Assembly: GCA_038087875.1 (NCBI GenBank)
Contig: CM075998.1
Coordinates: 3,226,001 to 3,290,000 of the forward strand
Origin: Malacoraja senta
Lineage: Eukaryota
Reading direction: 5' to 3'
DNA: 64,000 nt
This document shows, piece after piece, positions 24,198 through 36,770 of this stretch (position 1 is its first letter; every line of letters begins with the position of its first letter). The translations under genes and the position numbers were made by a program. The notes under the pieces were generated by a model that saw only the letters and a program-made list of their open reading frames with translations, made no database searches and was not told where the DNA came from.

Positions 24198-27153
24198 AAA
24201 CCGCACAGCCCCCTGGCATGCTGGTGAATGTGGGCAGGAATCCAAGGCGTTTTGCCACTTTGAATGGAGGAGATGTAGACTGGCGGGCTGCATGGCCGGA
24301 TACCACTAGGCCGCGGACTGTCGAGCGAAGCCGCCACAGCCGCCGAACCCGGCCCTGCTCATCCGCGCAGACCCTGAGGGGCCACTGGCGGCGATGGACG
24401 CCGGGCTGTTGTATGTTTCCAAGGCAGGGAGGGGACATGGACATATAGAGCAACGGCCACCTAGCCCCTCGAAGGGTGAATGAAATTTCTGTCAACGCTT
24501 TGGATGCCAGTGTAGAATGCGTGGTGGCTGCCGACTGAGCAGATTCCCGCACGAGCAGCAATAGCTGTTGCTGGCCAGAGGCCTGGGAAGGCTGAGCCAG
24601 AGAGTAATGGGCTGATGTGGGTGGCCAGCAGTGGGTGCCAGCTTCCTTCTCTGGCAGGCCCTGAACCCAAATGGGCACGGGCAGGGTGAGAGCGCCACCT
24701 GAGTAAGAGGTGGCAGCTGCCCTAACTTTGACCATGGTGATGGCTTTTGTGTCCCTCGGTGTAGGCTTGTCCACAGTGAATGGTGTCACCGACTACTTCA
24801 GCTTCCAGAGGCTGCCTGCTGCTGTGCAGTTTAATTCTTCGTCGGACTCCTCTGGGCACCTCTGCCCTTTGCCACTGCTTTTGTGTATCGCGAGCCAGCC
24901 CCTGTCTCTCATCGTTGCTCTTGCTTCTTGCCATGAAATGCTGGTACACCTTGGCAGGCAACTGATAAACTTGGAAGGGGGTATACAAGGAGCGGGGTGG
25001 CGCAGCGGGTAGAGCTGCTGCCTCACAGCGCCAGAGACCCGGGTTCCAATCCTGACTAGGGGCGCTGTCTGTGCGGAATTTGTACCTTCTCCCCGTGACC
25101 TGCTTGAGTTTCATCCAAGTGCCCCGGTCCTCCCTCCCACACTCCAAAGACCGTACTGGTTTGTAATTTAAGTAGGCTTCGGTTAAAATTGCAACTTGTC
25201 CCAAATGTGTAGGATAGTGCTAGTGTACGGGGGTTATCTCTGGTCGACACGGTGGGCTGAAGGGCCTGTTTCCCCGCTGTGTCTCTAAAGAAAATGCTTG
25301 GCACTCTGGAAGTCTTTAAAAGAACATGAAACACTTTTTCACACAGAGAGTTGTGAGTCTGTGGAATTCTCTGCCTCAGAGTGCGGTGGAGGCCGATTCT
25401 CTGGATACTTTCAAGAGATAGTTAGGGCTCTTAAAGATAACGGAGTCAGGTGATATGGGGAGAAGGCAGGAACGGGGTACTGATTGTGGATGATCAGCCA
25501 TGATCACATTGAATGGCGGTGCTGGCTCGAAGGTCCGAATGGCCTATTCCTGCACCTATTGTCTAATGTAAAATGCCACGCCAGGTACCCCCTTAGCCCA
25601 CGACGGCTCCTCCCAGGCCAGGCCTCTCTTCATTCTCTGCGAAGAGCAAGCAGGCAGGAGGATCACCTGCAGCTCTGCACTGAACCTTATTTTGCTCGTT
25701 TGTCCATATTTAATCGAGGTACCACTCGTCTGTACTACTCACTTTGACCGTAAAGATCGCACGTTGTAGAACTCGCCGTGCTGGGAAGTGGATGCACGAG
25801 GTCGGGCGCGCAGTTTGCTGCCGAGCGTAGCTGCTCTTGAATCTGCATCATGCCCGATGGGCTGGATGGGGTTGGGGCCAGCCCGTGGCTTGCACCTACC
25901 CTCCATGGCCACACGTCATTGCCTCTGGGCCAGAAGCTTTTCACTGTTCCGTCACAGTAGCAAACCTGAATCTGAACCGGGAACAGAGACACCCACAAAG
26001 CTGGAGTAACCCAGCAGGACAGGCAGGCAGGCAGCATCTCTGGATAGAAGGAACGGGTCCGAGATCCTCCTGTCCAGAGATGCTGCCTGTCCCGCTGAGT
26101 TACTCCAGCATTTTGCGTCCATCTTCGGTGTCAACCAGCATCTGCACTTCCCTCCGACACTGAACCAGGATCAGCAGATATAGTGCAGGTCATGGGAATG
26201 AAGATCCCATCCCACACCAAAGGTTTATCCGTTGTTTTAAATGCCTCCGATGATTGGAGACATTCCGAAACACTTGGGGGGAAAACATGTTAATAATTAA
26301 GCTAGAAAAGAAATAAAGTACATTTACTTAACATTGGCTGACATTAATTAAACCATTCATCTTAGTTCAGTGTTTCTTTGAAGTTATTTTAATTAACCAT
26401 TTGTTAATGAAGTGTGGTGGCATGGGGGTGCAGCGGTAGAGTTGCTGCCTTACAGCACTTGCAGCGCCAGAGACCCGGAATCGATCCTGACTACGGGGGC
26501 TGCCTGTACGGAGTTTGTACGTGGTCCGACATCTTCGGTTTCCTCCCTCACTCCAAAGACGTGCAGGTTTGTAGGATAATTGGCTTGGTATAAATGTAAA
26601 TTATCCCTAGTGTGTGTAGGGTAGTGTTAATGTGCGGGGATCGCTGGTCGGTGCGGATTCGGTGAGCCAAAGGGCCTGTTTCCATGCTGTATCTCTTTAC
26701 TAAACTAAATTAAATGGCTTTTAGACAGACTTTGATAATCCATAGCTCACTCCATTTCCAAATAAAACCCCTGTCCCACGGTACGAGTTCATTCCAAGAG
26801 CTCTCCCGAGTTTGCCCTGATTCGAACTCGGAGATTTACGGTAATGGCCGCTCGTCGGTACTCGGGGCTCTCGTGGACATTTTTCATCAAGTTGAAAAAT
26901 CTTCACGAGTCTTCCCGTGCTTACCTGCCGTTAGCGAGTCTTCCCGAGTACCTGCCATTAGCGCTAACAGACGTCCTCGAGCTCCGACGTACCCACTACG
27001 TTCATTCTCCGTGCTTATCACAAGTTTGATTTTTTTTTAAACTCGGGAGATCTCTTGGAATGAACTCGTACCGTGGGACTTAATGTCTATGAAGCATTTT
27101 GCCATGTGATAAAGTCCTTAATAAATGTTTCTAACAGTGAACTTCTGCTTCAG

Positions 27154-27221
27154 GTTTAAGAAAACTGGAAGCTTTCTTTGGATTCCTCATCGTAGTTATG
27201 GCTGTTACATTTGGATACGAG
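27154..27221 (+). CDS. SLC11A2: SLC11A2 exon 8 ([23 protein letters not shown])
   Basis: Conserved [13 protein letters not shown]; 68 nt. Confidence 0.98.
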
Positions 27222-27430
27222 GTAAGGGTGGATGAATTTGAAGTGTCAGAAGCATTTTGATTTGTAAACATTTTGAACTCTAATCTCCTTGGCCTTTCCC
27301 TGTTTTAGTAGGTGATGCATAACATGTGGAGAATCTTCTGGCTTTAACATGCTTGTGTTTGGTCGTTTAACATTGACACAGCCCAAACACTGTCAATGTG
27401 TATTCATGAAAGGACTATTCCTTATCACAA

Positions 27431-27644
27431 GGTAGACAAAAGTGCTGGAGAAACTGAGCGGGTGCGGCAGCATCTATGGAGCGAAGGAAATGGGCAACGT
27501 TTCGGGCCGAAACCCTTCTTCAGACTTCTTCGGCCCGAAACGTTGCCTATTTCCTTCGCTCCATAGATGCTGCCGCACTTGCTGAGTTTCTCCAGCACTT
27601 TTGTCTACCTTCGATTTTCCAGCATCTGCAGTTCCTTCTTAAAC
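27431..27644. mobile_element. Short palindromic Penelope-pLTR-derived element
   Basis: 14-bp TSD ATTCCTTATCACAA at 27417-27430 and 27645-27658. Confidence 0.8.
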
Positions 27645-27961
27645 ATTCCTTATCACAAATTGTGGGCATTTTTAGATTGCAATGAGCAGAATAGGTAAAA
27701 GAAAAGCGGGTGGCACGGTGGCGCAGCGGTGGAGTTGCTGCCTCAGAGCACCAGAGACCCGGGTTCCATCCTGACCACAGGTGCTGTCTGTGCGGAGTTT
27801 GCACGTTCTCCCTGTGACTACGTGCGTTTTCCCAGGATCTCGGCTGTCCTCCCACACTCCTAATACGTGCCGGTTTGTAGGCTAATTGGCTTTGGTGAAA
27901 TTGTAGATTGTGTGTCAGATAGTGTTGGTGTACGGGGTGATCGCTGGCCGGCGCAGACGTA

Positions 27962-28269
27962 AGGCCCTGTCCCACTGTACGAGGTAACTTCAAGAGTTTT
28001 CCCGAGTTTCCCCTGATTCGAACTCGGAGAATTACGCTAATAGCCGCTCGAAGGTACTCGGGGCTCTCGTGGACATTTTCCAACATGTTGAAAAATCTTC
28101 ACGAGCTTACCGCGTTTCCCGAGTACCTGCCGTTAGCGTTACGAGCCGCTAAGAGACGTCCCGGGCTCCGACGTACCAGCCACGTACATTCTACGTACTT
28201 ACCACGAGTTTGATTTTTTTTAAAACTCGGGAGAGCTCTTGGGTAAACTCGTATAGTGGGACAGACCCT
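27962..28269. mobile_element. Harbinger-like MITE inserted in an HE1 SINE
   Basis: TIR core CTGTCCCACT; SINE sequence resumes on both sides; related to 26766-27079 and 40023-40593. Confidence 0.75.
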
Positions 28270-28344
28270 TTAGTGGGCCGAAGGGCCTGTTTCCACGCGG
28301 TATCATTAGCCAAACTAATCAAAGCCATGACAATGTTTATATAC

Positions 28345-28850
28345 AGGGTAGACAAAAGTGCTAGAGAAACTCAGCGGGTGAGGCAGCATCTATGGAGTGA
28401 AGGAAATAGGCAACGTTTGGGGCCGAAACCCTTCTTCAGACTGATGTAGGGTGGGGGGGGGGGGGGGGAGAGACGGGGAGAAGAAAGGAAAAAGGAAGAG
28501 GAGGAGCCCGAGGGCTGAGGGAGAGCTTAGAAGGGGAGGAGACAGCAAGGGCTACCGGAAATTGGTGAATTCAATGTTTATGCCGCTAGGGTGCAGACTG
28601 CCCAAGCGGAATATGAGGTGCTGCTCCTCCAATTTCCGGTGGTGCTCACTCTGGCCATGGAGGAGGCCCAGGACAGAGAGGGCGGATTCGGAATGGGAGG
28701 GGGAGTTGAAGTGCTGAGCCACCAGGAGATCAGGTTGGTTAATGCGGACCGAGCGGAGGTGTTCGGCGAGACGATCGCCAAGCCTCCGCTTGGTCTCACC
28801 GATGTAGATCAGCTGACATCTAGAGCAGCGGATGCAATAGATGAGGTTTG
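28345..28850 (-). mobile_element. Penelope-like element 3' fragment (GIY-YIG endonuclease C-terminus plus pLTR)
   Basis: NLIYCIRCSRCQLIYIGETKRRLGDRLAEHLRSV..HFNSPSHS..KLEEQHLIFRLGSLHPSGINIEF: GIY-YIG signature with CxxC. Confidence 0.9.
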
Positions 28851-28983
28851 TATACAGTCTGGCTTCCCCGAACCAATTGTGCTGGGTTTTAAAAGGTTGT
28901 ACTATCGTGCACGCGGGGTGCATATACGGAGAGTTTAGACATTTGGATGGCATTTTGCTATTTGACTGTTTTCTGCCCCACAG

Positions 28984-29139
28984 TATGTGACAGTAAAGCC
29001 AGACCAGGGACAGTTGCTGAAGGGGATGTTTGTCCCCTACTGTCAAGGCTGCGGGACCCGCCAGTTGGAACAAGCAGTTGGAATCATTGGAGCTGTCATC
29101 ATGCCTCACAATATCTACCTGCACTCTGCCTTGGTCAAA
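28984..29139 (+). CDS. SLC11A2: SLC11A2 exon 9 (YVTVKPDQ...[23 protein letters not shown])
   Basis: TM6 MPH motif with both His residues; AG/GTGAGT; 156 nt. Confidence 0.98.
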
Positions 29140-29376
29140 GTGAGTATTCAAGAGAGCAGGTAGACAAAAGTGCTGGAGAAACTCAGCGGGTGCGGCAGCA
29201 TCTATGGAGCGAAGGAAATAGGCAACGCTCCATAGACAACGCTGCTGCACCCGCTGAGTTTCTCCAGCACTTTTGTCTACCTTCGAATTTTCCAGCATCT
29301 GCAGTTCCTTCTTGAACATTCATGAGTGCAGTGGAGGTCTAACTGAATAACAGACATAAGGTGCTGGAGATAACTC

Positions 29377-29550
29377 TTTATTTTTAAGATTATTCTTTTA
29401 TTTTGTAGAAGCAATTGTACAGAGATAAAAATTCGGCATCTAAAATTATACAATTATTGTACAGCTTCATTTTTAACCTTATAACCTAAATTATGAAAAT
29501 GAAAAAAGAAAAGAAAAAGAAAAGAAGAAGAAAGTGAAAAGATAGATTGA
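29377..29550 (-). mobile_element. Very short L1-like 3' UTR insertion
   Basis: T-rich tail, purine-rich tract like the other L1 3' UTRs; duplicated GTGCTGGAG(A)TAACTC at 29361-29376 and 29551-29565. Confidence 0.6.
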
Positions 29551-30198
29551 GTGCTGGAGTAACTCAGTGGGACAGGCAGCGTCTCTGGAGGGAAGGAATG
29601 GGTGACGTTTCTAGTCGAGACCCTTCTTCATTCCCGAAACGTCGCCCATTCCTTCTCTCCAGAGATGCTGCCTGTCCCGCTGAGTTGGATGCTGCCTGTC
29701 CAGCTTTTTGTGTCTCTTCGGTTTAAACCAGCATCTGCAGTTCCTTCCTACACATTGTTACTGCCACAACTCGGACAAATCTCTGCAACAATTTGTCCCC
29801 ACTCCCCCTTCCACTCTGCCTCCATCTTGGGGTGGGGCAGGGGGGAAGGGGCTGCACAAATATTCTGGCAATGGTGAGGCTGTAAATGATTTTGTGAGGT
29901 GGGTCAATTTTTGAGGTGCCTGGGGATGGTCAACGTTTCGGGTCAAGACCTTTTACCAGCACTGAGAGCTTAGAGGAAAATAGCCAGTATAAAGAGGGAG
30001 TGATCCTGACTATGGCCGCTTGTCTGTACGGAGTCCATGTTCTCCCCTTGAGGCAGGCTGGGTTGGGACATGACTGTAAAGGACCCTGGGATTATTAAAT
30101 TCATTGTCTCTTATTGTTTTTGAAATGCTTTTCACTCAGCTGCTGTCTGAAAAGCTGCAGCTGATATATCCTCACTCTCTCTCTCTCTCCTCTCTCAG

Positions 30199-30357
30199 TC
30201 CAGAGATGTGAATCGAGCAAACAAGAAGGAAGTGAAGGAAGCCAATCGTTACTTTTTCATCGAAGCCTGCTTGGCTTTGTTTTTGTCCTTCCTCATCAAC
30301 GTCTTTGTGGTCTCGGTGTTTGCAGAAGCTTTTTACAACAAGACCAACGAACAAGTG
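30199..30357 (+). CDS. SLC11A2: SLC11A2 exon 10 ([22 protein letters not shown]...FYNKTNEQV)
   Basis: Conserved TM7; AG/GTGAGT; 159 nt. Confidence 0.98.
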
Positions 30358-30544
30358 GTGAGTGGGGCAGTGAGTTCACTCCATGCCAAGGATGTATCTC
30401 CAAGGGAGCAGGAAAGCGTCCCTTGTAGCCAGGGTCCGGAGGGCAAGGAGCACCGCCACTCCACCCGGGGTCCGTGGGGGGGAGAGGAGCGGCTCTGCTG
30501 TCAGAGACCGAAGGACCGGTGACGGGATCTAGGGAGTGGGCAGG

Positions 30545-30842
30545 GCCGAGGATGTCCTAGTTGGGTGGCTCCTGCGCCTGGCCAAGCTGGCCAACCGCGA
30601 GTCACGGCACCAGGCGGAAGAGGGCTCTGCCCGAGCCGGATGCCTGCCCCTTTTCCAGGGTTACATCCGCGCCCGGGTGTTGTTAGCGAGGGACATAGTT
30701 GTATAGTAGTTATTTAGTATGGTTGTAACAAAGTAGTTTGGAGATTAGTGTCTGAATAATGTGGTGATTTTGTACTGTGGTGGTGGGTGTGTCACCATGG
30801 TTTTGGTTTGTATTGTGATCGGAATTAAATAAATTATTTTTG
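30545..30842 (+). mobile_element. Tx1-like LINE 3' fragment
   Basis: LVGWLLRLAKLANRESR..CLPLFQGYIRARV resembles the Tx1/L1 ORF2 C-terminus; GT-rich UTR and AATAAA. Confidence 0.5.
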
Positions 30843-31492
30843 ATGCAAAGAAAAGTGTCTTTCCAGAGGCCGTTCCCACATCCCATCTCTAACGTACAGT
30901 TCAGCACGGAAATAGTGAGTGCCACTTCAAAGCTGTGCCAGTCGTTTTCTCAAGGAGTCGCTCAGTCTAACTCCACTCCTCCTGTCTCTCCCCACAGCTC
31001 CTCTTATCTCGCATCCCGTTCCCTTTACAATCCCAGGCAGTCTTGTCCAAGTATGCGAGTCAGCACGGTGGCGCAGCCTCAAGGGCCTGTCCCACTTGGC
31101 TGTCATTTACGCGACCTGGTAGCGCGGGACGGGCGCATGGAGGAGTGTGGAGTTGCGCGCGGTATCGCGCAGCGCTCCAGGATTTTGTTCTGCACGAAAT
31201 CTTCGCGCTCCTCCGGCCTGTCGCATAAATGACGGCCAAGTGGGACACCCTGGTGCGGCGCAACGTCTCACCTCCAACAGCAGCAGAAGCAGGCAAACGA
31301 TCGCCGAACTCGGCCTGCGGCTCAAGGCCGTTGCGGATCCGCCCCCACTTCTACTCCCAGAGCGGGGCCAAGACGATTGAAGATAGACACAAAATGCTGG
31401 ACTAACTCAGCGGGACCCGCAGCATCTCTGGAGAGAAGGAATGGGCGATGTTTCGGGTCGAGACCCTTCTTCAACTAAACTAATCTGCTTAC

Positions 31493-34450
31493 TTGACCCA
31501 CTACCGTCTCTGCCTTGGTGATTCAAGAGCTTTGAAGGTCTCTGGAGAGACCTTCAAAGCATTTATAAGAGGAGTCATTATTTCATTTCAAGCTTATCAA
31601 AATAAAAAGAATAAGAATGAACAAAGACACTTAGAAGATCAAATAAAACCGTTAGATATAGATAATGCTAAAGACCCAACTATGGATAAACATAATAAAA
31701 TACTACTACTGAAATTTCAGTTAAATAAATTACTGTCAGAGAAAGTTATAACATTATTTCAAATCACAAAACAAGAACACTTCGAATTCGGGGACAAACC
31801 CCACAAACTTCTAGCACGACAACTTAAAAAACGGGAAAAAGAGAATGCAATATTAAAGATTAAATCAGATAGAGGGGAAGTATTAACACTACCCAAGGAT
31901 ATTAATAAAAGATTTGCTCAATTTTACCAGAATCTATACACATCTAAAACGTCAATAGACAATAATAAAATCTCAGAATTTTTAGATAATTGTAATCTAC
32001 CACAATTAGAACGCAGGGAACAAGAGGAACTGGGAGCACAAATTACTTCTAAGGAGATAGAAGACACAATAAAAACACTAAAAAATGGAAAAACACCAGG
32101 ACCAGACGGATTCAGTAATGAATTTTATAAATCTTTTTATGATATAGTTACTCCACGATTACAAAAAATGTATACATATGCTTATAAAGAGCAAAACCTA
32201 CCTGAAACACTAGCGGAATCAACGATCATATTAATACTTAAAAAAGATAAAAATATAGAAGAACCAGGATCATATAGAGCTATTGCTTTGTTAAATACGG
32301 ATCAGAAAATAATAGCAAAAACATTAGCCAATAGATTAAGCAAGTATGTTAGTAGACTAATACATGAGGATCAAACAGGATTTATACCTAAGAGACACTC
32401 ATTTAATAATTTGAGACGTTTGCTTAACATAATGCATTCACATAAATCTGATGACCAAGAGTTAGCTATCATCTCACTGGACGCAGAAAAAGCGTTTGAT
32501 CAAGTAGAATGGGACTATATGATCAAAGTATTGCAAAAATTCCAATTGGGAGAAAATTTTATTGCATGGATAAAACTACTATATAACAAACCTACGGCTA
32601 GAATACTAACTAATAATATATTATCTTCAAAATTCGAATTATCTAGGGGCAACAGACAAGGATGTTCACTATCACCGCTGTTATTTGCTTTGGTAATTGA
32701 ACCCCTTGCTGAAAAAATAAGAACACACTCGAATATTCACGGTTATAACACAAAATATTCAAACAACAAACTATCCCTATATGCTGATGATGTACTACTG
32801 TACATCACAAAACCACAAATTAGTATACCAAATATATTAAACTTAATTGAGGACTTTGGATCCTTTTCAGGATATAGAATAAATTGGAACAAAAGTGAAA
32901 TTATGTCGATTAAACCAAAAGACTCAACACATCTCAGGAAATTCCCTTTTAAAATAGCTATGGAAAAATTCAAATATTTAGGAATTGAGATTACTAGAAA
33001 TTACCATGATATGTTTAAAGCTAATTATAATCCCCTACTTAAGAAATTAAATAATCTGATTAAATTTTGGAAAACACTTCCGATGTCCTTAATAGGTAGG
33101 ATAAATGCTATAAAAATGATTTTCTTGCCACAAATCCTTTACCTATTTCAATCAATACCTATATATCTCCCAAAAAAGTTTTTCAAAAAACTGGACTCAG
33201 ACATTACAAATTTTATATGGGATTACAAATCCCACAGAATACAAAGAACACACCTTAACAAACGAAAAGAGTTGGGGGGTCTAGCGCTCCCTAACTTTAT
33301 GTATTATAACTGGGCAGTAAATATTAAAAATATGATTCACCTGCTGGACAATTCTGCCCAGCAGGTGGACTGGATTATAATGGAAAAAGGGGATTGCTCC
33401 CCGAATAATATAGGAGCGATTATTCTCTCTCCAATAAATTTGAATAATAAAAATTATAATAAAAATCCAATTATATATAGCACTATTAGAACATGGAAGC
33501 AAATAAAACAGAATCTAAAATTAAGAAACCTATCTCTCTTAATACCAATAGTCAATAACCCATCGTTTAAACCTTCAATCATAGATAAAGCATTTATACA
33601 ATGGGAAAGAATGGGAATTAAAACGCTCGAAGATCTGTATGAATTAGAAAAATTACTATCATTCCAACAACTACAACTGAAATATAATTTGAAAAATAAT
33701 CAATATTTTAAATATCTACAAATCTGTGACTATTTGAAAACACACACAAAAGATTATTATAATATGCCTTCCGACTTACTAGATGAAGCAATGAAGACAA
33801 AGGCGGAATCAGTTAATTTAATATCATACTTATATAATATCATCTTAAATATAGAAATACCCACAACAGATGGAATTAGAAGAGATTGGGAACAAGATCT
33901 AGGTATAAAAATTTCAAAAGAGAGTTGGGATAATCATTTATTACAGGTGCATAAATGCTCGATCAACGTACGACATACGCTTATCCAATTTAAAACATTA
34001 CATAGATTATATTATTCAAAAACCAAACTAAATAAAATCTTTCCTAACGTCTCACCAATCTGTGATAAATGTATATGTCAAGAAGCTACCATAGCACATT
34101 CTTTTGTTTTTTGTACAAAAATCCAAAAATTCTGGTTTGAAATATTCGATATTTTTTCAAAATTAATCAAAATAAAATTGGTACCAAAACCAGAATGGAT
34201 TATTTTTGGAATATCGGAAGGTATTCCTGAATTAAACGTGTATCAGAAGAATTTACTCAATTATGGGCTAATAATGGGAAAAAAGCTTATACTTAAATTC
34301 TGGAAAAATGCGCCCACACCAACAATAAAAATGTGGACATCAAATATGTTGGAAACATTACATCTGGAAGAGATGAGATTCCTCCTAGTAGGCAAAGTAG
34401 ATCAATTTCAAAAGACGTGGTCTACGTTTTTGGACCTATTACAAGCATGA
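31493..34450 (+). CDS. L1 ORF2 remnant (reverse transcriptase + C-terminal CCHC; endonuclease missing; first ~17 codons are flank-derived)
   Basis: GKTPGPDG, SYRAIALLNTD.K, SLDAEKAFD, RGNRQGCSLSPLLF, YADD, KYLG, CDKC..HSFVFC. Confidence 0.9.
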   Translation: MTHYRLCLGDSRALKVSGETFKAFIRGVIISFQAYQNKKNKNEQRHLEDQIKPLDIDNAKDPTMDKHNKILLLKFQLNKLLSEKVITLFQITKQEHFEFGDKPHKLLARQLKKREKENAILKIKSDRGEVLTLPKDINKRFAQFYQNLYTSKTSIDNNKISEFLDNCNLPQLERREQEELGAQITSKEIEDTIKTLKNGKTPGPDGFSNEFYKSFYDIVTPRLQKMYTYAYKEQNLPETLAESTIILILKKDKNIEEPGSYRAIALLNTDQKIIAKTLANRLSKYVSRLIHEDQTGFIPKRHSFNNLRRLLNIMHSHKSDDQELAIISLDAEKAFDQVEWDYMIKVLQKFQLGENFIAWIKLLYNKPTARILTNNILSSKFELSRGNRQGCSLSPLLFALVIEPLAEKIRTHSNIHGYNTKYSNNKLSLYADDVLLYITKPQISIPNILNLIEDFGSFSGYRINWNKSEIMSIKPKDSTHLRKFPFKIAMEKFKYLGIEITRNYHDMFKANYNPLLKKLNNLIKFWKTLPMSLIGRINAIKMIFLPQILYLFQSIPIYLPKKFFKKLDSDITNFIWDYKSHRIQRTHLNKRKELGGLALPNFMYYNWAVNIKNMIHLLDNSAQQVDWIIMEKGDCSPNNIGAIILSPINLNNKNYNKNPIIYSTIRTWKQIKQNLKLRNLSLLIPIVNNPSFKPSIIDKAFIQWERMGIKTLEDLYELEKLLSFQQLQLKYNLKNNQYFKYLQICDYLKTHTKDYYNMPSDLLDEAMKTKAESVNLISYLYNIILNIEIPTTDGIRRDWEQDLGIKISKESWDNHLLQVHKCSINVRHTLIQFKTLHRLYYSKTKLNKIFPNVSPICDKCICQEATIAHSFVFCTKIQKFWFEIFDIFSKLIKIKLVPKPEWIIFGISEGIPELNVYQKNLLNYGLIMGKKLILKFWKNAPTPTIKMWTSNMLETLHLEEMRFLLVGKVDQFQKTWSTFLDLLQA

Positions 34451-34823
34451 GGTGCAATAGTAATTTAGAAAAACAAATAAATAAATAAAAGGTATCTGGA
34501 CCTGGTAATGGGAGGTAAAATAAAAACAGACTTGGTTGGTAGTTCCTTCTCTATGAAGTATGGTATAAGAATTATAATAGAGCGATTGTTCCTTCTTTCT
34601 TTCTCTTTTTTTTTCTAGGGTCTATTTTCTAACTTTACTTCCTTCTCTAACTTCTTTTCTAAGGGGCTTTCTTTTCCCAACACTCTTTTGCACTTCACAA
34701 CCTTTGTGCACTTTCTTCACTTTTCTTACTTCTTTCTTTTTCTTTCTTAAAGTTTAAAAAAGTGAAGCGGTACAAAAAATGTATTAATATATACGTGTTG
34801 TACATTACTGTAATCTACCGTAC

Positions 34824-34871
<48 letters not shown>
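31546..34871 (+). mobile_element. Young 5'-truncated L1-clade LINE in SLC11A2 intron 10
   Basis: Uninterrupted frame to TGA at 34450; 3' UTR; 44-nt pure poly(A) at 34828-34871; TCTCTGGAGAGA at both 31539-31550 and 34872-34883. Confidence 0.95.
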
Positions 34872-34874
<3 letters not shown>

Positions 34875-35477
34875 CTGGAGAGAAGCAATGGGTGACGTTC
34901 AGACTGAAGAAGAGTCTCGACACGAAACATCATCCATTCCTTCTCTCCAGAGATGCTGCCGGTCCCGCTGAGTTACTCCTGCATTTTGTGTCTATATTCA
35001 AATGACGTCACGGGCTCCAGACCGCTGTGCGGACGCATGATGACGCGCGCGACTGTCGCGCGTCAGTCACTACCGGCCTGTCACGTAAGTGACGGCCCAA
35101 GTGAGACAGGCCCTTTACCGCGCCAGAGACCCGGGTTCCATCCTGACCATGGGCGCTGTCTGTCCGGAGTTTGTACGTTCTCCCCGTAACCCGCGTGGGT
35201 TTCCTCCGGGTTCTCAGGTTTCCGACCTCACTCCAAAGACGTACAGGTTTGTAGGTTAATTGGCTGCTGTAAGTAATCCTGAGAGTGTAGGATCCAACCA
35301 GTGGACGGGTGATTGCTGGTCGGCGTGGACTCGGTTAGTTAGGCGGTAAACAAAATGTCGCTGTGGTATTGAGCTCTGCCTTGTCTGGGTTCTAGGCATT
35401 GACGCAGCTTAAAAAGAGGTGAATGGTATCATATTGCCGTGCCTTGAATTTGACGCCATGTTTTTTCCCTTTTGAAG

Positions 35478-35564
35478 CACGAGATCTGTTTGAACAACAG
35501 CAGTCCGCATGCTAATCTCTTCCCCATGAACAACAAGACTTTAGATGTCAACATTTATAAAGGG
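35478..35564 (+). CDS. SLC11A2: SLC11A2 exon 11 (HEICLNNSSPHANLFPMNNKTLDVNIYKG)
   Basis: Extracellular loop with N-x-S/T sequons; AG/GTAAGT; 87 nt. Confidence 0.95.
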
Positions 35565-36401
35565 GTAAGTGGAGTGGCCCAGAAATGAGAATTCAATGTT
35601 CATACCGCTGGGTTGTGGGCTACCCAAGTAGAACATGAGGTGCTGTTCCCCCACTTTGTGTCCGGCCTCACACAAGGGGTAGAGCAGTTTGATGAAAATG
35701 AAACTGTAACCAGGCACGGAAATTGCTATCAAAACATGGGGGGGGGGGAGACCGGGGGGGCACAATTTCTTGGCGGGCTGAAACGTGGGCTTAGAAAGCA
35801 GCTGATAAAGTCCGGATGACAAAGCATGTGGGGGGGGGGGGGGGATTGTCCCCCACCTCTCAAAGCAGGGGGGTCCCCCCTGTCCTCCCCAGGATTTCCG
35901 CCCCCTGACTGTAACTGTCTTGCGTTTGAGAACACAACAAAATACAAGTGTACCTTGTTGAGATTCCCTGGGTACAATAGACCTGTGGTCTGGTTGTGTG
36001 TCGTGATCTACACACGTGCGCTCGGATATCATGAGGGGGGGGGTTCTGTGGGTTGGATGAAATACTTAAGATGTTTAAGAAGGAACTGCAGATGCTGGAA
36101 AATCGAAGGTAGACAAAAATGCTGGAGAAACTGAGATGTCTGAAGAAGGGTTTCGGCCCGAAACGTTGCCTATTTCCTTCGCTCCATAGATGCTGCCTCA
36201 CCCGCTGAGTTTCTCCAGCATTTTTGTCTACCTTCGATGAAATACTGTATGGTTCTAGTATCTCAAATCTCTCCCATCGCCCTTCCAATGTGTGTCCTTA
36301 TAGGCGTACAACAAACTGGCCCAGCTGATGGTGCAGAACAGTTACATTTTGATGAGGGAGAACATGGCTGCACTAGTCGCATAACCATTCTTTTCTCTTG
36401 A

Positions 36402-36770
<369 letters not shown>

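Noticed and set aside
28552..29319. 255-aa ORF as a novel endonuclease gene
   Set aside because: Chance fusion of a pLTR repeat, the antisense of SLC11A2 exon 9 and a Penelope fragment
31493..34450. 985-aa ORF as an intact host or autonomous gene
   Set aside because: Starts at a non-ATG codon in flanking DNA and lacks the endonuclease and ORF1; a truncated L1
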